Assembly: GCF_026571515.1 (NCBI RefSeq)
Contig: NW_026859933.1
Span: 496,001-560,000 of the forward strand
Reading direction: 5' to 3'
From: Ruditapes philippinarum
Lineage: Eukaryota
Length of the DNA stretch: 64,000 bases
The notes under the pieces are model-generated. The model made no database searches and was not told where the DNA came from. It saw only the letters and a program-made list of their open reading frames with translations. This document shows, in pieces, positions 50,905 to 64,000 of this stretch; position 1 is the stretch's first letter; each line of letters opens with the position of its first letter. A program made the position numbers and the translations under genes.

Positions 50905-52618
50905 AATGAAAAAGGTGTAATTTGTATATTACTCTTTTTGTTAGGATGACTGAAAACCAGATACATGTGTATATGTATAAACAAGCTCCGCAGTTTTCCG
51001 CATCATTTGCTATATGTTGCTAGCACAACTATTTTGGAAAACAAAAATAATAGCGAACTTGCAAGAATTTTATGAAGTTTTGTGGATAGACATATTGCTT
51101 TATCTTCGAAACAAATACATATATATACTCGTTTCAGAGTTTACCATAAACTCCAAAATATAATTTTGCATCACTTACTAAAATTTCATTTACATGAGAT
51201 GAGTTGTTTTTTCTTCAAGAAAATAATGCTTTGTACGAAATGATACGACGCAGTTGAAAATGAAATATGATACGACTAGTTGTATTTTCATTGTAGGCTG
51301 TATATTGGTTCCGCTATTGGCAGATGAGAAAAAAATTCTAAGGCTTCATTTTTCGATCGCTTTTTCAATCATCTAAATAATCACATGAATACTAGAAATT
51401 CCGAAAAAGTGTATCAAACGTAAAATCTATTGTAGTACGTGATTGCACGTGTTCTAGTGCACGTTACACATGCCGTATATTCTACATGTAATACTGGTAA
51501 ATACGGTAAATGAGGATGGTTCTAGTGCTGCTTGCAAACCTGTTCACGTGAGTTTGAAACTGAAAGGGTGGTTACTTTTTTCATTTGCAGTTTTATGTTA
51601 CGAATTTTCAATATTTTAAGGCCAACTCTTCTGTAACAATGTTGAACAAGCTGTAACAATCCGGAACGACTTTTGTTTAATCAAAAGAAAGAATTACAAT
51701 TTTGAAAAATGTCACTTGCTTTTGGAAGAGAGGTATGCGTAAATTGCGTAAATTGCCTACCTTTGTTACTTTGTACGACAATTTCTGACAATTGTGTCAT
51801 TTAGCCAAATCCTTGTCTTAATGATCTTGAATGTTGCCTTTAATTGCTTGAAAAGCAGTACTTGTCAGTTAAATTAATATTCGGGTAGGAAATTTTCTGA
51901 TGCAAAGAATATTTGCACATTTCTGTCACAAATTTGAAATACTGTAAAAATAAAGAGAATGAAAAATATTTTAAATGCCAGTGTTAACTTTCTTTTCTCT
52001 GTTTATGTGACGTCTGAAACACGTGTACAATTCAGGCCAGCCTTAGGTAACGTAGTTTCACCTCCCGTATGGGATATGGTAGGGATGAGATAAATATTCT
52101 TTAATCTAAAGTGTGTTTTTTTATACATAAATATTTTAATCTTATTTGATTTGAAAAACCCAATATGTGTTAAGCAGCTGTTCAATGTTTTACAAGTTCT
52201 ATTACACATACAGGTCTACAGCTATGAAAGTTGCACTATTATAGCTGTTTATCATGCAAGTGCTACAAAATAAAATCTTTATATTCTTAAATGTAAATAT
52301 ACCGGTATGATATTTCTTGTGATACTTATCCGTACTGATCTGAAAAATGAATATATAATTTTTTCTTGTTTTTTTTACCTTATGATTGAATACTAACTTA
52401 TAAAAATCATTCGATGCAAAACAACAATCTTAATATATTTTATAAATCATTCAAAACTACATATTTCAAGAAACAATTTATTTTCTAAGCTAAATCTGTC
52501 CTACATTCCCCTACCTTTACATTTCAACAATTTCTTATCCTATATATCTTTTCAAAAATACAATACTTTAAACATTCATATAAAATAGGTCCTCATAAAT
52601 CATTTGCCTTATAAATAT

Positions 52619-52876
52619 ATAGCATCCTTAGTACAAGATATCCGAGATTTCTGTGTACTAGTAACTATATAATTATAAGCCTTAACTTCAACCATAATAT
52701 GTCCAATCAACCATTGGCCCGAGAGGTCTTACTGAACAATACAACATTTCAATACCAGATATCTGAGATTTCTGTGTACTAGTAACTATAAGCCTTAACT
52801 TCAACATAATTATTTCAAAATTTAAAGCACGTTGGGCGCGGCAGAGTCCTTATGTAACTAATACAACATTTCAATA
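52619..52876. repeat. Two-copy ~120-bp tandem duplication
   Basis: AGATATC.GAGATTTCTGTGTACTAGTAACTATA...AATACAACATTTCAATAC is repeated. Confidence 0.8.
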
Positions 52877-53889
52877 CAAATTAAGTTTAATCAAGATTTC
52901 CTGGGTTACAAGAAAAAATTTTAAAATTACGATCCCAAAATTTAACAAAAGGAACCCAATAAGTGTTTCGTAGTTTATCTGATTTTCCAAACAATTATTC
53001 ATCGTTCCCGTGGCGACGTTCCTGGTCAAGCAGTTTACCAGTACTAGTTGCCTTCACTTTCGCAAGGAACTGATTAGGAGTAGATAACAATTGCTTCCTG
53101 AAATAATACGCTTTATTTGGCATCTACATGTACAATGATAAAAATGTGATGTTAGACACTTTGGGCCTGGGTCTGCAAACTTGTTAATAAAAACCAAAAG
53201 AGAATATTGTAGACGATGTGTGTTATTTGTATACGTACTGTTTTCTCTCTTGAATAATTAAAAAGTGAAGTTTAAATTGATCTCAATGAAAAATAGTCAG
53301 CAGCAATGTGTTAATGTAAAGTTAGATAAATTTAACAATTTAACATTTGAAAATTTTATTCTGTTATTATATTCCCAACCTTCATGTGATTGCGATAGTA
53401 ACAATCGGGAAACGTTTATTCATGACATCGACATCCCACTAAAATAGAAAAGCCCATAAACATTGATGATTACTTTTTAAGTTCTTGAACTGGTTCTGTA
53501 TCAGCTTGCCAAAAGTTTATATTACCCGAAGTAGGTCTGAAAATGAGAATTTGCAGACGAAATATAGTGATTTCTTACCAACATCTAGGCCTGTCTTCGA
53601 ATTTTGGAGATAAAATTCCAGCCTCAGTATTTATCCAGTTAAACGATCAAAACTGGAAATATAAATAACGTAATTTCACTTTATTATAACTAATACTCAT
53701 AAAATTGAAAAAATATTTTGATAATAAAATTAATTCGGAACTAATGTCAATATTGACCTAAATCCCAAAAAAGAAAACCCAGTCCTGTCAATTTCCACAT
53801 TTGTAGCCTTTTTTATCAGTATATAAATTCAGTTTCTGCTCATTGAGTTATATTTTGTATTTATATATATCTCACAGTAGTTATCCATC

Positions 53890-63412
<9,523 letters not shown>

Positions 63413-64000
63413 TGCTGGTATGGCAGATTACATTTTGGAAATTAGTACATGTACATTATAAGAAAATGTATGACTCAACTTACATGCCGATTTTTACATT
63501 AAAAATTGACCAATGACAAAAGCTTTTTAACACAGACATACATGAATGAGAGAATGCAAGATTATTATCTGCATCAAAAAAAAATCAATGCTGATCAAAA
63601 AGTCAAAAAGCGATGTCTCTTATGTTTAATTGTACTGATAATTCATCACTAGTCGTACTGTGGTGTATGATTACTTTGTTCAACAATATTGTTTAAAACA
63701 TTTCATTTTTCTTGTCAAATTAATGAAGAAAAGAAATCATTTTACATTTTATGTGTTTCAAATTTATTTCTGATTGTGACAGCTAAATCTTGTATATAAA
63801 CACTTAACCCATTTTCACTGCCAGAACTGTATTCATAAAATTACAGTGTTACAGTGAATTAGCCAGGAAGTTACATGAACAACTTTACAGATGAATGTTT
63901 ATAACATGTGTAAGAACTTGTCTTCTATAGAATAAAGTGAACAAAGATTTTTTTTCACAACTTCATTTCCAAAGTTCTGATGAAAAGATCATTACAAATA

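Overview
AT-rich, intron-rich animal genomic DNA with no prokaryotic features. The repeat content (tRNA-derived SINEs, Helentron/HINE-like elements carrying tandem arrays, hairpin MITEs) points to a bivalve mollusc, possibly a venerid clam; this is an inference. I reconstructed six spliced genes by hand from GT-AG boundaries and reading-frame phase: SPATA6-like (-, runs off the left edge), ZDHHC12-like palmitoyltransferase (+), FAM32A (+), SAS10/UTP3 (-, start exon not located), a 233-aa protein resembling only the C-terminal domain of IQANK1 (-), and TFIIS/TCEA (+). TFIIS contains a U12-type minor intron. Introns and intergenic DNA hold a 5'-truncated CR1-type LINE with one frameshift, SINEs, MULE-, hAT- and piggyBac-like non-autonomous elements, and at least seven HINE-like elements with 145-175 bp tandem cores. 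The most notable observations are the stand-alone IQANK1-C-terminal (dynein AAA5-like) gene, a transposon-borne array of 12 perfect palindromic oestrogen-response elements at 145-bp spacing, the minor intron, and apparent swapping of termini and cores among the HINEs. Most ORFs in the supplied track are spurious or are exon fragments. Family assignments come from recalled motifs, not from database searches.
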